Assembly: GCF_006345805.1 (NCBI RefSeq)
Contig: NC_043001.1
Span: 26,040,001-26,104,000, forward strand
Length of the DNA stretch: 64,000 nt
Source of the DNA: Octopus sinensis
Taxonomy: Eukaryota
Reading direction: 5' to 3'
Shown: one piece after another, positions 61,031 to 64,000 of the stretch
Numbering within the stretch: the stretch's first letter is position 1
Layout of the letters: each line of letters opens with the position of its first letter
Position numbers and translations under genes: made by a program
The notes under the pieces: model-generated
Databases searched by the model: none
What the model saw: only the letters and a program-made list of their open reading frames with translations
What the model was told of the DNA's origin: nothing

Positions 61031-62800
61031 TCAACACACCAGTTTTCTTTGACTGCCCAACACCACTATACATTTATTTATATGCACATATGATGCTCTT
61101 TCACACAGCTTCTGACTGTACCAAATTTCCCTCACAATTGACTTGAGGCAATGGTAAAAGAAATTTGTACAAAGTCCCATACAGAAAGATCAAACCTAGA
61201 ACCACATGCTTGTGAAAAAACTTCTTAACCACACAGACATATCTTCACCTACATAGCTACTTGAGTTATGAAACCTTTCTTTACAGTCATATAACAGAGT
61301 TTGCAACTAGAGGCTATGGTTATGTCTTGAAGAAAAGAAAAACAGTACTTTGTTTATTAATGTATTAGTACACTGATGCTACAGAAAGAATGGTTATTTA
61401 TAAAAATTTTTAATTTTCTTAATTTTTGGACAATGTAATTTGTGCTTTCTTTTCATCACCATTGGAAAATGTTAAACTAATAGAGTAAAGATGCAATGCA
61501 GTAATTTTTAATTTATTTTTAATTATATCATCTACTTCATTATTCCATTATTAAAAGAATTTAAATCATTAAAAATTTTATGAAAGTATATTTTCCTAAA
61601 AGTTGTCTTTATAAGACAACTTTTAGGAAAATATACTTTCATAAAATTATATGTTTAGAGACAAAAAAACTTATTCTTCATCAATAAACTAAACTCTTTC
61701 CGAATTACCAAAGACGCTTACATAGATCAATGTGAACAGAGACAAATCAAAATATATTTGATTTTCTACAAAGAAATATTGTCTTAAATTGCTGTTCTTC
61801 CTTTGTTGGGTCATTTTGATTTCTTGAGTTATTTAGAAACAATGAGCAAATGTACATCTAGTTAATCTAGTTTTCACTTATAAATACTTTTGCAATTTGT
61901 AGAATGCACACCGATATAGCATCTATGCAATAACTACTTAACAGAGTAGCAATTATTTGAAGAACAAAGATATATAACTGCATGTAAGTATGTATGTATG
62001 GGCGGACAGATGGATATATACATACTGGTTTCTATTTATTTCCTATGCATTTTAAATTGGAAAAAAAAACTATAATTTAGGGGTTTTCTAAAGAAGTCAA
62101 CATAAAATAAAATTAACTATATAATAATAGAATACAAATGAGGCTGGAAAAGAAATAAGAGGAAACAAAGGAAATAAAGAAAGAGAAAAAGTATACATGA
62201 ACAAGAAAAATATAAAAAATAAAAATTTCCACTAAATTGCATTGATAAAGTTTGATAAAAATTATTTTTTTGTTTTATAGTGTGGAAAACAGAAATCTAT
62301 AAAACCGAAATGTATTTAGTAGAAATACTAAAGACTTTGTAAAATAAAGATTTATTGTATTGGCATAAGGCCACAATTCTTAAGGGAGAAAAGGTAACAG
62401 TGTAGTACAATCAACTATCACTCATGAGTGACTGTGGCTTGGTAACATGTACCATGCTTCTATGAATTCTTTTAAGTGCCTCTGTTGTCATGAGCAGACA
62501 TAGACATCACTTTGGTCCCCTTTGTCATTAACACAATGGTATGTTCAAGATATATATACTAGCTCCTATTTGGAACATATTGCAGCTGAGTAGGGTAGAA
62601 AAATGAGAAATGAAGTATCTGGTTCTAGAACACAATGCACTACTTGGTCTAGGAACTGAACCAAAACCTCATGATTATGAACTGGATCTCATAACCACTG
62701 GACCACATGCCTTCACAAGGAAAGGTAACAGATTAAATCACTCAGATAATATGACAGGGTTTTTCATTTTTATACACACATGCACACATATACATATATA

Positions 62801-62968
62801 GAATGGCCTTCTTTCAGTTTCTATCCACCAAATCTATTTGTAAAGCTTTGGTAGGCCTGAGGTAATAGTAAAAAGAAAAAAACACTTGTTCAAGGTGCTT
62901 TACAGTGAGGTTGAACACAAAACCATGCAGTTAGGAAGTGAACTTCTTAACAACAAAGCCATGCCTGT
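62801..62968 (-). mobile_element. SINE family B head, diverged
   Basis: CTTCTTTCAGTTTC...CACTTGTTCAAGGTG...AACCATG...CTTCTTAAC.ACA.AGCCATGCCTGT. Confidence 0.65.
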
Positions 62969-62970
62969 GA

Positions 62971-63009
62971 GTACATACATACATACATACACATACATAC
63001 ATACATAAA

Positions 63010-63040
<31 letters not shown>

Positions 63041-63215
63041 GTACACACATACATACATATGTACACACATACATACATACATACACACATATACATACAT
63101 ACATGCATACATATACATACATACCTACATACATACAAGCATGCATACATACAAGTACACACACATACACACACACATATATATATATAGTTTACAATCA
63201 ATATGTATGTATGTC

Positions 63216-63246
<31 letters not shown>

Positions 63247-63265
63247 GTATGTGTATATATATATA
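62971..63265. repeat. Compound (TACA)n/(TA)n/(TATC)n microsatellite
   Basis: Direct inspection. Confidence 0.93.
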
Positions 63266-64000
63266 TGGTTGGATTGTTTACGTAACAAAATATATCAACA
63301 ACTTCTATGGAGCCTTCTAAGCTTTGGAAAGAATTATTTTATTGGTGCTATGACTGCTAGCTATTCCTGTACATCTGACACATACAAAGTCTTTATTCAC
63401 TTTCAGCTTGCTTGTGATCCCATACACCTATTGTGCACGTATAGTTCACACCGGAGTTTTTACCTATTTCTTTACTGCATAATGAACACAACTTTTTTTT
63501 TCATACATGTATGTATATTTGGGATGGCAGCTTAGGCAATACTGTCGACTCTGAAAGGATGAAAGGGAGAGTTGACTGCATTGAGATTTGAACATAGAAC
63601 ATAAAGAGCCAGAAAAAAAATACCGCAAGGCTTTTTTTTCTGACACTCCAGCAATTCTGCCAATCCACTTCTCTTGTTGTTGTTGATGATAATAATGATG
63701 ATGATGATCTAGACATGTCTTTCTCTTCCATTACAGGTGTGGTAGCTAGGACTTGCAGTAGTAATAGGGGTTATTGAGAAGATTTTCTACAGACTTGTCA
63801 CTAACAACAATTTTAAGCTGCATTCCACTTTGAACAACAATGAATAAGGAATAATAATTAGCTAGGAATTTCATGAATTCCACCTTACAAAATCTCTCTC
63901 TAATGGAAAGGCATAGGAAGAGTGGAGGCGGCGGGGGAGGGGGGGAATGTTGTATTATTATTTTAAATATAGAAAACATTGGAAAAAGGGCTGTGGGGGT

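Noticed and set aside
273-63979. Most ORFs in the supplied track (MCVCV, YIYI and HTHT types; 60-240 aa)
   Set aside because: They are translations of microsatellites or SINE sequence. For example EFKFRRGR...SSFWGR and GLNPEPCGW recur wherever SINE families A and B occur.
1-64000. CRISPR arrays, rRNA, true tRNA genes, telomeric repeats
   Set aside because: None seen; the sequence is eukaryotic and no regularly spaced repeat-spacer array is present.

Overview
AT-rich eukaryotic genomic DNA dense in microsatellites and SINEs. The repeat families look like an octopus (coleoid cephalopod) genome; this is inferred from recognising the repeats and was not checked by a search. The only well-supported protein-coding region is a 333-aa BTB/POZ-BACK ORF (41790-42791, +). 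It has an upstream splice acceptor, a nearby poly(A) signal, a candidate promoter/first exon near 39.2-39.4 kb and a decayed duplicate of its 5' end just downstream. A CpG-retaining block at about 22.2-25.9 kb holds a candidate first exon of a minus-strand gene. The rest is mostly transposon debris: mariner, hAT, Penelope-like (GIY-YIG), RTE and Tx1/L1 remnants, hAT and piggyBac-type MITEs, and several tRNA-derived SINE families. Nearly all ORF-track entries are microsatellite or SINE artefacts. The most interesting signal is a young 535-bp element (8701-9235) with identical 131-bp terminal direct repeats (404-nt period), inserted in an (AT)n tract. It carries a complete type I hammerhead ribozyme with a palindromic helix III, which fits a retrozyme-like or non-autonomous Penelope-type element possibly copied from a circular RNA. 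A near-intact hammerhead in an unrelated element (55461-55495, -) and weaker remnants suggest several ribozyme-bearing families. All coordinates and alignments were read by eye; repeat boundaries without target-site duplications (TSDs) are approximate.
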